Part shown: positions 1-8,175 of the stretch, piece after piece
Position numbering within the stretch: position 1 is the stretch's first letter
Layout of the letters: every line of letters begins with the position of its first letter
Source of the DNA: Candidatus Longimicrobiales bacterium M2_2A_002
Lineage (GTDB): Bacteria > Gemmatimonadota > Gemmatimonadetes > Longimicrobiales > RSA9
Assembly: GCA_051418035.1 (NCBI GenBank)
Contig: JBPRGE010000064.1
Location: forward strand, 33,459-97,458
Direction: 5' to 3'
DNA length: 64,000 nucleotides
The notes under the pieces: model-generated
Seen by the model: only the letters and a program-made list of their open reading frames with translations
The model's database searches: none
What the model was told of the DNA's origin: nothing
Position numbers and translations under genes: made by a program

Positions 1-2
1 AT

Positions 3-701
3 CCCATCACGCGGGACCTGTACGATCAGGTGACGGCGTCGTCGCTTCCGGAGCAGGCGGTGCTGGCGAGCCTCGGGTGCGGGAACCCGACCGCGCTGGC
101 GGAGCTGCGGGAGGGCGAGGTGGTGCTGGACCTGGGCAGCGGCGGCGGGATCGACGTGCTGCTGAGCGCGAAGCGCGTGGGCCCGACAGGGAAGGCGTAC
201 GGGCTGGACATGACGGACGAGATGCTGGAGCTGGCGCGCAGGAACGCGGCGGCGGCCGGCGCGGAGAACGTCGAGTTCCTGAAGGGCGACATCGAGAGCA
301 TCCCGCTGCCGGACGGGAGCGTGGACGTGATCATCAGCAACTGCGTGATCAACCTGTCGGCGGACAAGGGGCAGGTGCTGCGGGAGGCGTTCCGGGTGTT
401 GAAGCCGGGCGGTCGGTTCGCGGTGTCGGACATCGTGGTTCGGGGCGAGGTTCCGGCGGAGGTGCGTCGCAGCATGGAGCTGTGGGTGGGCTGCGTGGCG
501 GGCGCGCTGGAGGAGAAGGAGTTCGAGGCGCTGCTGCGTGAGGCGGGGTTCGAGGACCCGTCGCTGAAGCCGACCCGGATCTACGAGCCGGAGGACGCCC
601 GGGGTTTCCTGGAGGAGGCGGGCCTGGACGTGGACGCGTTCGCCGAAGCGGTGGAGGGCCGGTTCATGTCGGCGTTCGTGCGGGCGAGGAAGCCGGCGTG
701 A
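3..701 (+). CDS. arsM: arsenite S-adenosylmethionine methyltransferase (5' end outside window)
   Basis: Frame is open from base 3 (PITRDLYD). Motifs [21 protein letters not shown] (SAM motif I), [10 protein letters not shown] and LWVGCVAGA carry the conserved ArsM cysteines; ars gene context. Confidence 0.93.
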   Translation, partial: PITRDLYDQVTASSLPEQAVLASLGCGNPTALAELREGEVVLDLGSGGGIDVLLSAKRVGPTGKAYGLDMTDEMLELARRNAAAAGAENVEFLKGDIESIPLPDGSVDVIISNCVINLSADKGQVLREAFRVLKPGGRFAVSDIVVRGEVPAEVRRSMELWVGCVAGALEEKEFEALLREAGFEDPSLKPTRIYEPEDARGFLEEAGLDVDAFAEAVEGRFMSAFVRARKPA

Positions 702-811
702 GCGTGGAGGCGGACGCGACGGTCCCGGCGGTCGGGGTAGCCGGAGCGGCAGTGGTCGGAATGGCGGGGGCGGTGGTCCGGGCGTCGTCGTCAGCGGGGC
801 CCGACCGGTGA
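698..811 (+). CDS. putative 37-aa small ORF translationally coupled to both neighbours
   Basis: GTG at 698 overlaps the arsM stop (GTGA); TGA at 809-811 overlaps the GTG of the next gene (GTGA). Translation [37 protein letters not shown]. Confidence 0.35.
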   Translation: MSVEADATVPAVGVAGAAVVGMAGAVVRASSSAGPDR

Positions 812-1272
812 GTCAGGCGACGATGGCGACGTTGCGTCCGGCGTCGTCCTCCGACCTTGCGGCGGTGGAGGCGCTGCTGGTCGGGGCCGATCTGCCGATG
901 GCGGGCGTGGCGGACTGGATCGACCGGTTCGTGGTGGCGGAGTCCGGCGGCGGCCTGGTGGGTGTGGCGGGGTTGGAGGTCCACGACGGAGACGGCGTGC
1001 TCCGGTCGGTGGCGGTGGCGCCGTCGCATAGAGGCCGTGGGCTGGGCGCGCGGCTGACGGAGCGGATGCTGGACGCGGCGCGGGCGGCCGGGCTGCGTCG
1101 CCTGCATCTGTTGACGACCACGGCGGACGACTATTTCCCGCGCCACGGCTTCCGTCGGATCGATCGGGCGGAAGTCCCGGCGGCGGTGCAGAAGAGCGTG
1201 GAGTTCCGCGATGCGTGCCCCGCGGCGGCGGTGGCGATGGTGCGAAACCTGGAGCTGGAGGAGGCGGGATGA
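808..1272 (+). CDS. arsN2: arsenic resistance N-acetyltransferase, ArsN2-like GNAT
   Basis: GNAT motif LRSVAVAPSHRGRGLG, LLTTTA..YFPRHGF and C-terminal SVEF..CPA typical of ArsN2; lies in ars operon. Confidence 0.85.
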   Translation: MSQATMATLRPASSSDLAAVEALLVGADLPMAGVADWIDRFVVAESGGGLVGVAGLEVHDGDGVLRSVAVAPSHRGRGLGARLTERMLDAARAAGLRRLHLLTTTADDYFPRHGFRRIDRAEVPAAVQKSVEFRDACPAAAVAMVRNLELEEAG

Positions 1273-2042
1273 GGTACGCGCTGATCAGCGACATCCACGG
1301 GAACCTGCCGGCGCTGGAGGCGGTGCTGGCGGACATCGACGGCCGGATCGACCTGGGCGGCGTCTACCACCTGGGCGACCTGGTGGGGTACGCGCCGTGG
1401 CCGAACGAGGTGGTCGAGGCGCTCCGGGAGCGGGGGATCCCCGGCGTGGCCGGGAACTACGACTCCACCACGGCCACGGACTACAAGCACTGCGGCTGCA
1501 AGTACGAGGACCCGCGCCAGGAGGAGCTGAGCCACCTGAGCTACGAGTGGACGCGGGCGAACGTGTCGCCGGAGACGAAGCGGTGGCTGGGCAGCCTGCC
1601 GTTCCGGATCGACGTCCGTCCGCTGGGCGGGCACACGGGCGGGCCGCGGCTGATCCTGATCCACGGCAACCCGGTCCTGAACACGGTCTACTGGACGGAG
1701 GACCGGAGCGACAAGTTCTGCCTCCAGATGGCGGACCAGCTCGGGGCGAAGGCCGGCGACGTAGTGGCGTTCGGCCATACCCACAAGCCGTGGCACCGGG
1801 CGGTCGAAGGGATCCACTTCATCAACACCGGCGCGGTAGGCCGGCCGAAGGACGGCGACTGGCGGGCGGGCTACGTGGTGGTCGAGATGGACGGCGAGGA
1901 GGTGGAGGTGGAGTTCGTGCGGGTCGAGTACGACCTGGCGCGCGCGGCGGACGCGGTCCGGGAGAGCGAGCTGCCGGACGACTTCGCCGAGTACCTGGAG
2001 ACGGGCGGGATGCCGAAGACGCACGCCGCGGACGCCGGCTGA
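1269..2042 (+). CDS. calcineurin-like metallophosphoesterase
   Basis: ISDIHGN, LGDLVGY, GNYD, IHG and GHTH metal motifs plus an HCGC motif; ATGA overlap with upstream stop. Confidence 0.88.
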   Translation: MRYALISDIHGNLPALEAVLADIDGRIDLGGVYHLGDLVGYAPWPNEVVEALRERGIPGVAGNYDSTTATDYKHCGCKYEDPRQEELSHLSYEWTRANVSPETKRWLGSLPFRIDVRPLGGHTGGPRLILIHGNPVLNTVYWTEDRSDKFCLQMADQLGAKAGDVVAFGHTHKPWHRAVEGIHFINTGAVGRPKDGDWRAGYVVVEMDGEEVEVEFVRVEYDLARAADAVRESELPDDFAEYLETGGMPKTHAADAG

Positions 2043-2088
2043 CGGCGCGGGCGTTAGAACGTACATCGGGGAGCGGGAGTAGGGAGCG

Positions 2089-3207
2089 ATGGCAGAACAG
2101 CAGAGCGTCGCGCGGCGGATGTCCTTCCTGGACCGGTACCTGACCGCGTGGATCTTCCTGGCCATGGCGGTGGGTGTGGGGCTGGGCTACCTGTGGCCGG
2201 AACCCATCACGGCCATCAACGAGGCGACGCACGTGGGGACCACGTCGATCCCCATCGCCATCGGGCTCATCCTCATGATGTACCCGCCGCTGGCGAAGGT
2301 TCGTTACGAGGAGCTGGGGGACGTGTTCCGGGACTGGAAGGTCCTGGGGCTGAGCCTGATCCAGAACTGGGTCATCGGGCCGCTCCTCATGTTCGGGCTG
2401 GCCGTCCTGTTCCTGCGAGACCATCCGGAGCTCATGGTGGGGCTGATCCTCATCGGGCTGGCCCGGTGCATTGCCATGGTGATCGTGTGGAACGAGCTGG
2501 CGGAGGGCGACAACGAGTACGCCGCCGGCCTCGTCGCCTTCAACTCCATCTTCCAGGTCCTGTTCTATTCAGTGTACGCCTGGGTCTTCATCACGGTGGT
2601 GCCGGGATGGCTGGGGCTCGAGGGGACGGTGGTGGACATCACCATGGGCCAGATCGCCGAGAGCGTGTTCATCTACCTGGGGATCCCGTTCCTGGCAGGG
2701 ATGCTGACCCGGTACGTGCTGGTGAAGGCGAAGGGGAAGACGTGGTACCACGAGCGGTTCATCCCGAAGATCAGCCCGCTGACGCTGATCGCGCTGCTGT
2801 TCACCATCGTGGTCATGTTCTCGATCCAGGGAGAGGCGATCATCGGGCGGCCGTCGCAGGTGGTGCTGGTGGCCATCCCGCTCCTGATCTACTTCCTGGC
2901 CATGTTCGCCATCACGTTCTTCATGAGCCGGGCGGTGGGCGCCACGTACCCGCAGACGGCCACGCTCTCGTTCACCGCGGCGTCGAACAACTTCGAGCTG
3001 GCGATCGCCGTGGCGGTGGGCACGTTCGGGATCGCCCATGGCGCGGCGTTCGCGGCGGTGATCGGCCCGCTGGTGGAGGTGCCGGTCCTCATCGGGCTCG
3101 TGAACGTGGCGCTGTGGTGGAAGCGGAAGTACTTCCCGGACAGCGAGGCGGAGATCGAGGACGTGTCGAACTGCGCGGTGCCGGCGGGGGTGCGGTCGCA
3201 GTCCTGA
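2089..3207 (+). CDS. acr3: ACR3-family arsenite efflux transporter
   Basis: [40 protein letters not shown] and GPLVEVPVL motifs; about 10 hydrophobic segments. Confidence 0.95.
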   Translation: MAEQQSVARRMSFLDRYLTAWIFLAMAVGVGLGYLWPEPITAINEATHVGTTSIPIAIGLILMMYPPLAKVRYEELGDVFRDWKVLGLSLIQNWVIGPLLMFGLAVLFLRDHPELMVGLILIGLARCIAMVIVWNELAEGDNEYAAGLVAFNSIFQVLFYSVYAWVFITVVPGWLGLEGTVVDITMGQIAESVFIYLGIPFLAGMLTRYVLVKAKGKTWYHERFIPKISPLTLIALLFTIVVMFSIQGEAIIGRPSQVVLVAIPLLIYFLAMFAITFFMSRAVGATYPQTATLSFTAASNNFELAIAVAVGTFGIAHGAAFAAVIGPLVEVPVLIGLVNVALWWKRKYFPDSEAEIEDVSNCAVPAGVRSQS

Positions 3208-3264
3208 GCGCCGGTCCGGGGGAGTCCATGAGATCGCGGATCGAGAGACGCTTCCGGACGTTGG

Positions 3265-3300
3265 CCTTGGTGCGGCGTCCGCGTCGATCCAGATCTTCAT
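3265..3300 (-). pseudogene. 12-codon 5' remnant of a YaiI/YqxD (DUF188) gene
   Basis: MKIWIDADAAPR resembles the YaiI N-terminus (MKIWVDADACP) and starts 1 nt after the thioredoxin stop; the resemblance then ends. Confidence 0.55.
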
Positions 3301-3301
3301 T

Positions 3302-3553
3302 CTACGAGGCCGCAGCGTCCTCTCCGGTCAGCAGCTTCTTCACCTGCTCGACCGACAGCAGGTGTCCGGACGACTTCACGTCACCGTCCACCGCAAGGGC
3401 GGGCGTCATGGCCACGCCCATCCGGGCGATGTCCTTGATCCGCTCCACTTTCTCGATCTCGGCGTCGATGCCGAGCTCGCCGATCGCCTTTTCCGCGTTG
3501 GCCGTGAGCGCCTTGCACTTGGGGCAACCGGTCCCGAGGATCTGTATCTTCAT
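3302..3553 (-). CDS. small redox-active disulfide protein (thioredoxin_3 / MTH895-like)
   Basis: MKIQILGTGCPKC...GVAMTPALAVDG; follows an ArsP-like permease, a common arrangement. Confidence 0.9.
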   Translation of the reverse strand: MKIQILGTGCPKCKALTANAEKAIGELGIDAEIEKVERIKDIARMGVAMTPALAVDGDVKSSGHLLSVEQVKKLLTGEDAAAS

Positions 3554-3646
3554 GTTCGTTCTCCCTTGTTGTTTGCGAACGCTGGACCGTCCGGGGTTCC
3601 CCGGAAGACCCGTTGATGAAGTCTCGCCGAACTCATCGCCACGACC

Positions 3647-5044
3647 TCACACGATCGAGCCGTAGATCATCCCGGCCGTGGTGGCCATGACGACCGTCAG
3701 CGCCAGGAATACCGCTGTCTTCTTCGTGCCCATGAAGCTACGGATCACCAGGATGCTCGGCAGCGAGACGGCGGGGCCGGCCAGCAGCAGCGTGAGGGCC
3801 GGGCCATCGCCCATCCCGGAGCCCATGAGCCCCTGGAGGATCGGCACCTCGGTGAGTGTGGCGAAGTACATGAACGCGCCTGCGACCGAGGCGAACAGGT
3901 TGGCGCCCAGCGAGTTGCCGCCCACGGCCTCCGCCACCCACGCCGACGGGATCAGCCCCTCGTGACCAGGTCGTCCGAGGAGCAGCCCCGCCACCAGGAT
4001 CCCGATGAACAGGAGCGGGAAGATCTGCTTGGCGAAGCCCCAGGACGCGTTGAACCATTCCCCGGCCTCGCCGCCGCTCGTGCTGGCGGCGATGGACAGC
4101 CCGACCGTGGCCGCGGCGAACGGGATCAGCGGCTCGTGAGGGAAGAGGAGCGCGAGACCCGCGGTGACAACGGCAGTCGCGGCCACCTCCCATACGTTCA
4201 TACCGATCCACCGGACCAGCGCCACCGCCATTACGGCGGCGGCCGCCGCCGTCAGCTTCCACTTGGCCGCCCAGACGCCGTACCAGAAGCCCTCGACGGT
4301 GTCCGGCTGGCCCCAGTTGGCGAAGACCAGCACGGCCACCATGGCGCCGAAGAACGTGGCGGTCTGCCAGAGCGGCCGGCCGCCGTCCTCCGGCTCCGGG
4401 CCGGCCATCCAGTTGTCCGACCGCTCCATCTCGGAACGCCGGAAGATCAGGTGCATCAGGAGGCCGATCACCAGCGCGAACACGATGGCGCCCACCGCCC
4501 GCGCCACGCCCAGCTCGAGCCCCAGCACGTTCGCCGTCAGCACGATGGCCAGCACGTTGATGGCCGGGCCGGAGTAGAGGAACGCCGACGCGGGCCCGAG
4601 GCCGGCGCCGTTGGCGTAGATCCCGCCGAACAGCGGCAGCACCGTGCACGAGCAGACCGCCAGCAGCGTCCCCGAAACCGAGGCGACGCCGTAGGCCATG
4701 GGCTTCGGCGCCCGGGGCCCCAGGTACTTCAGCACCGCCTGCTCACTCAGGAAAACGGAGATCGCTCCGGCGATGAAGAACGCCGGGATCAGGCAGAGCA
4801 GCACGTGCTCCTGCGCGTACCACTTCGTCAGCGCCAGCGCCTCCGTAACCGCGCCGTCGAACCGGGCGTTGCCCACCGGCAGGAAGTAGAAGACCAGGAA
4901 GATCCCGGCGATCCACGCCAGCGGCTTCCACTCCGAACCCCAGTCCGTGGCGCCCGGCTCCTCGCGACGACGGCGCCACCACCCGGCAAGCCGCCGACCG
5001 AGTGGTACCCGCTCCCGCTCCGCAACCGACTCGCCCGTCTGCAT
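3647..5044 (-). CDS. ArsP-like (DUF318) permease
   Basis: HVLLCLIPAFFIAGAI, LAVCSCTVLPLF, FLYSGPAIN, MYFATLTEVP, LLAGPAVSLP. ATG 5044 follows a purine-rich RBS; the longer 5488 start overlaps arsR. Confidence 0.88.
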   Translation of the reverse strand: MQTGESVAERERVPLGRRLAGWWRRRREEPGATDWGSEWKPLAWIAGIFLVFYFLPVGNARFDGAVTEALALTKWYAQEHVLLCLIPAFFIAGAISVFLSEQAVLKYLGPRAPKPMAYGVASVSGTLLAVCSCTVLPLFGGIYANGAGLGPASAFLYSGPAINVLAIVLTANVLGLELGVARAVGAIVFALVIGLLMHLIFRRSEMERSDNWMAGPEPEDGGRPLWQTATFFGAMVAVLVFANWGQPDTVEGFWYGVWAAKWKLTAAAAAVMAVALVRWIGMNVWEVAATAVVTAGLALLFPHEPLIPFAAATVGLSIAASTSGGEAGEWFNASWGFAKQIFPLLFIGILVAGLLLGRPGHEGLIPSAWVAEAVGGNSLGANLFASVAGAFMYFATLTEVPILQGLMGSGMGDGPALTLLLAGPAVSLPSILVIRSFMGTKKTAVFLALTVVMATTAGMIYGSIV

Positions 5045-5061
5045 TCTCTCCCGTCCTCTCC

Positions 5062-5472
5062 TCACCCGGCCGCTGCGGCCGTATTCTCGTTCGCCTGCCC
5101 GCTGCCGCTGCATCGGGCCGCGTCCTCCGCCGACCGCCCCTCGGCACGCGCGTCCCGGATCTGGACCAGGAGCGGGGCGGCCTCCGGGAGCGGGCGGCTC
5201 GAGAGCAGCCCGCGCAGCAGCACCAGGATCGCCGACAGGTCCCCGTCCGGCTGCTGCGGCAGGCCGTAGTTCACCAGCAGTCCGTCCCGCTCGTCCTCCA
5301 GCACGCCGGCGTCCCGCAGGTAGCGCAGGTGCCGCGACGCCTTCGGCTGCGTGATCCCCAGGATCTGCTCCACCTCGCACACGCACAGCGGCCCGTGGCG
5401 GAAGATCAGCCCCATGATCCGCAGCCGGGTCTCGTTCGACAGCGCCTTGAACACTTCGTTCAGCCGGTCCAT
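5062..5472 (-). CDS. arsR: ArsR/SmtB family transcriptional repressor
   Basis: FKALSNETRLRI...PLCVCEV...QPKASRHLRYLRDAG, with the CVC As(III)-sensing motif. Confidence 0.9.
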   Translation of the reverse strand: MDRLNEVFKALSNETRLRIMGLIFRHGPLCVCEVEQILGITQPKASRHLRYLRDAGVLEDERDGLLVNYGLPQQPDGDLSAILVLLRGLLSSRPLPEAAPLLVQIRDARAEGRSAEDAARCSGSGQANENTAAAAG

Positions 5473-5486
5473 GCCCCCCCCCTTTC

Positions 5487-5502
5487 AATCGAAAAGTCGA
5501 TT
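5487..5502. promoter_or_regulatory. putative ArsR operator 1 (AATCGAAAAGTCGATT)
   Basis: Inverted repeat AATCG-N6-CGATT in AT-rich DNA just upstream of arsR. Confidence 0.65.
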
Positions 5503-5579
5503 AAAAGATTATCACTGCTCTCCCCGGCGTCAGTAGGGAGATCCCTGCAACTGGTCTGGTGGTTCTCCCCACAGACTGC

Positions 5580-5595
5580 AATCGGTTAAACGATT
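5580..5595. promoter_or_regulatory. putative ArsR operator 2 (AATCGGTTAAACGATT)
   Basis: Second AATCG-N6-CGATT with identical spacing, upstream of the divergent Trx/ccdA genes. Confidence 0.6.
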
Positions 5596-5650
5596 TACCC
5601 GACCATTGGAATCGTGGGCTCGAATGGCGACGCTGAAGGGAGCGGGCAAC

Positions 5651-6031
5651 GTGAGCATCGGATGGAAGCTGGCGGTCGCAGGCCTGGTGCTGGTGGCGGT
5701 GGCGGGCGCGCTGACCCTGAAGCAGACCGCTGAGGCGGGGCCGATCCCGTCGTCGGAGGTCCCGTTCGATCCGTCGGCCCCGGTGCCGGTGGAGCCGGTC
5801 CCGGAGAGCTACGAGTCGTCGGAGGACGGGGTGCCGCGGCTGGTGGCGCTGGGGGCGGGCGAGTGCATCCCGTGCCGGGCGATGGCGCCGATCCGGGCGG
5901 AGCTGCGCCGGGAGTATGCCGGGCGGCTCGAGGGGTACGGGTCGAAGGACGCGATCCTGGCGACGCTGGGGGACCTGGCGATCGACCCGCGGAGGCTGAC
6001 GGCGTCGCGGGTGGCCTCCTCGATGGACTGA
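5651..6031 (+). pseudogene. membrane-anchored thioredoxin with apparent internal in-frame deletion
   Basis: N-terminal TM, then PRLVALGAGECIPCRAMAPI...EYAGRLE joined directly to GYGSKDAIL; the central IDV...IPT (cis-Pro) segment is absent. GTG 5651 follows GAAGGGAG. Confidence 0.7.
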
Positions 6032-6264
6032 GCGCGGGGCTGGCGTCGTCGCCCGGGGTGGCGGTGGCCGCCGCGCTCGGGTGGGGTGTGGTGAGCGTGC
6101 TGCTGAGCCCGTGCCACCTGGCGGGGATCCCGCTGATCATCGGCTATGTGGCGTCGTCCGACTCCCTGCTCTCACCGTGGCGTGCGTTCTCGCTGTCGCT
6201 GGCGTTCGCCGTGGGGCACAGCGCGGTGATCATGGCGGGCGTGTACCTGGTGTACCAGGCGTGA
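6004..6264 (+). pseudogene. ccdA: CcdA/DsbD-type cytochrome c biogenesis protein, internally deleted, no canonical start
   Basis: WGVVSVLLSPCHLAGIPLIIGY is the first CcdA PC motif; it jumps to GHSAVIMAG and YLVYQA, and the second PC motif is missing; about 86 aa. Confidence 0.65.
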
Positions 6265-6332
6265 AGCTCGATTGACACGGAAGCGTGTCCGTGGGACGAG
6301 GGCAGCCGGCGGCGCCGTGCCCCGCACATGCA

Positions 6333-6364
6333 AAACCGGGCCCGGCTCCCGCCGGCCCCGGTTT
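6333..6364. terminator. possible bidirectional hairpin terminator
   Basis: AAACCGGGCCCGG...CCGGCCCCGGTTT stem-loop between convergent genes. Confidence 0.4.
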
Positions 6365-6386
6365 CGTCTGCAGCTGCTGGACCGGG

Positions 6387-6878
6387 TCAGAAGGTCCAGT
6401 ACTCGAGGCCGTCGTAGTACTCCACGGTATCGACGAGTCCGTCGTCATCGAGATCCCAGAGTGCGTAATAGTCGTCCAGGAACTCGTCGTAGCCGACCAC
6501 TGGATCGGCGTCGGTGTACCAGTCCTCGTTCCACTGGGTCGTGTCGAGACCTTCGCTCACCTCATCGAGGTCGAGCTCCGAGTCGCTGTTCACATCCCAG
6601 TCGTCGAACACGCCCGGGTCCAGATCGTCTTCGTAGAGGTAGTCGACGCCCGTCTCCCATTCGGACTCGACGATGACGTCATCGTCGTCGACATCCCAGA
6701 CGTTGAACACCGTTTCGTTGATCTCGTCGGCGTCGAGCTCGGAGTCGCCGTCGATGTCCCATGGCCCAGTCGGTGTGCACGATCCTGAACCTCGTGCAGC
6801 TCTTCGCGCGAGACGAGTAGTCGCCCCCGTAGTCCGGTGAACGGACGTCCCGGGCCGTCCACGGACACCGGGCCTCAC
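6387..6878 (-). CDS. acidic EF-hand-like repeat protein (start uncertain, N-terminus may be degraded)
   Basis: Five W-D-x-D-x-D..E-type loops, e.g. WDIDGDSELDADE, WDVNSDSELDLDE, WDLDDDGLVDTVE. Confidence 0.6.
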   Translation of the reverse strand: MRPGVRGRPGTSVHRTTGATTRLARRAARGSGSCTPTGPWDIDGDSELDADEINETVFNVWDVDDDDVIVESEWETGVDYLYEDDLDPGVFDDWDVNSDSELDLDEVSEGLDTTQWNEDWYTDADPVVGYDEFLDDYYALWDLDDDGLVDTVEYYDGLEYWTF

Positions 6879-6896
6879 GACCTCGACGGCCGGAGG

Positions 6897-7352
6897 TCAA
6901 TTCCCGCCACCGCCGAGCCGGAGGCCACCCCACGAGGCCAGGACGATTCCACCGGCGAACGCGCTCGCCTGGGCCCCGTCCATACCCCACCGCTCGCCGC
7001 CGACCACGTACTCCGCCAGTGCCCCCATCGTGAGGGCGCCGCCAATGGCCAGCGCCAGTCGCTCCAGATCCCGGTCGGGTGGGCTCACGGCCTCCGCTTC
7101 CAGCCCGGGCCCGGAGTCATGCCCCGAGGCCGATGCGGACCGGGTTCGGGACGGGAAAGCGAGGGCCCTCGCCGCAGGTCGAAGCGGGCGGGGCTGTGCC
7201 GGAAGGGGCGGTGCCACTGTGGTCCGGAGCTCGAGTCGGGGCAGGGCCCGGTCCAGAGCGCCGGCCTCCTGTGCAGCCGCCGGTGCCGCGGTTGCGAGGG
7301 CGGTCAGGACCAGGGCCAGCTGAGTGATCAGGACGCTTCTGCGTGTCAACAT
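6897..7352 (-). CDS. hypothetical exported/membrane protein
   Basis: Signal peptide MLTRRSVLITQLALVLTALATAAPAAA-Q; GGAGG RBS; two C-terminal hydrophobic segments; downstream of TetR operator. Confidence 0.6.
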   Translation of the reverse strand: MLTRRSVLITQLALVLTALATAAPAAAQEAGALDRALPRLELRTTVAPPLPAQPRPLRPAARALAFPSRTRSASASGHDSGPGLEAEAVSPPDRDLERLALAIGGALTMGALAEYVVGGERWGMDGAQASAFAGGIVLASWGGLRLGGGGN

Positions 7353-7379
7353 GAAAACCTCCGTAGTTGGGGGATGAAC

Positions 7380-7397
7380 AATACGAACGTTCGTGCT
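7380..7397. promoter_or_regulatory. putative TetR operator
   Basis: Perfect palindrome ACGAACGTTCGT (7383-7394), similar to the site at 8045-8060. Confidence 0.6.
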
Positions 7398-7443
7398 TTT
7401 TTTTGGAGCCGATGGGACGAGGGTCGCAGGGGAGCTCACGGGA

Positions 7444-8034
7444 TCAGGCCGCAGCGGCTGCCATCAGTGCGTCGAACGATCGGCGAGCGTGCGACTCGGC
7501 CGCCGGGTCGCGGATCATCCGATGCATGAGGTGAAAGGCCAGGAAGATGGCGTACAGGTCGTACGTGAACTGCGCGACGTCCAGACCCGCACGGAAATCG
7601 CCCTCCTGCACGGCCGTGCCGACGACCTGCTTGATCAGCTTGATCCACTCTATGAGCGCCGCCTCGAGGACCTTGCGGGCGGCACCGGGGCGGTCGTCGA
7701 GCTCGATGGCTGCGGCGGTGATCACACAGCCGCCGGGCATGCCCGAGTCCGCGCCCCAGCCCAGCCACCGGTCGAAGAGCTCGCGGACACGGCGCGCCCC
7801 CCGGGGCGCCTGGAGCGTGGGCCGGATGACACGCCGGGTGAAGCGCTCAATGGCCTCCTCCAGGACCTGGATCTGGAGCTCCTCCTTCGAGCCGAAATGG
7901 GCAAACAGGCCGCTCTTCGACAGCTCCAGGTCGCCAGCGAGACCGCCGATGGTGAGGCCGTCGAGGCCGTCCTGACTGGCCACGGCCACCGCCCGGTCCA
8001 GGATACGCTGTCGGGTCCGTTCTCCTCGCTCCAT
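7444..8034 (-). CDS. TetR/AcrR family regulator
   Basis: TRQRILDRA...LTIGGLAGDLELSKSGLFAHFGSKEEL HTH; GGCVITAAAIELDDRPG. Confidence 0.92.
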   Translation of the reverse strand: MERGERTRQRILDRAVAVASQDGLDGLTIGGLAGDLELSKSGLFAHFGSKEELQIQVLEEAIERFTRRVIRPTLQAPRGARRVRELFDRWLGWGADSGMPGGCVITAAAIELDDRPGAARKVLEAALIEWIKLIKQVVGTAVQEGDFRAGLDVAQFTYDLYAIFLAFHLMHRMIRDPAAESHARRSFDALMAAAAA

Positions 8035-8041
8035 ACGGCAC

Positions 8042-8062
8042 AATACGAACGATCGTTCGTTT
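8042..8062. promoter_or_regulatory. putative TetR autoregulatory operator
   Basis: Perfect 16-bp palindrome ACGAACGATCGTTCGT (8045-8060), about 10 nt upstream of the tetR ATG. Confidence 0.7.
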
Positions 8063-8175
8063 ACGCAAGGGCGCCCTGGTCCGTCCCGGGGGCACGGTGT
8101 TCCTTCAGGGAGTCGTAACGCCGGCCGGCCCGGGGTGCTGGAACCGCTCAGACCTCCCCATCCTTCTCCTGTCCC

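Noticed and set aside
5045-5488. N-terminal extension of the permease ORF to 613 aa
   Set aside because: It overlaps arsR in another frame; the RBS supports ATG 5044.
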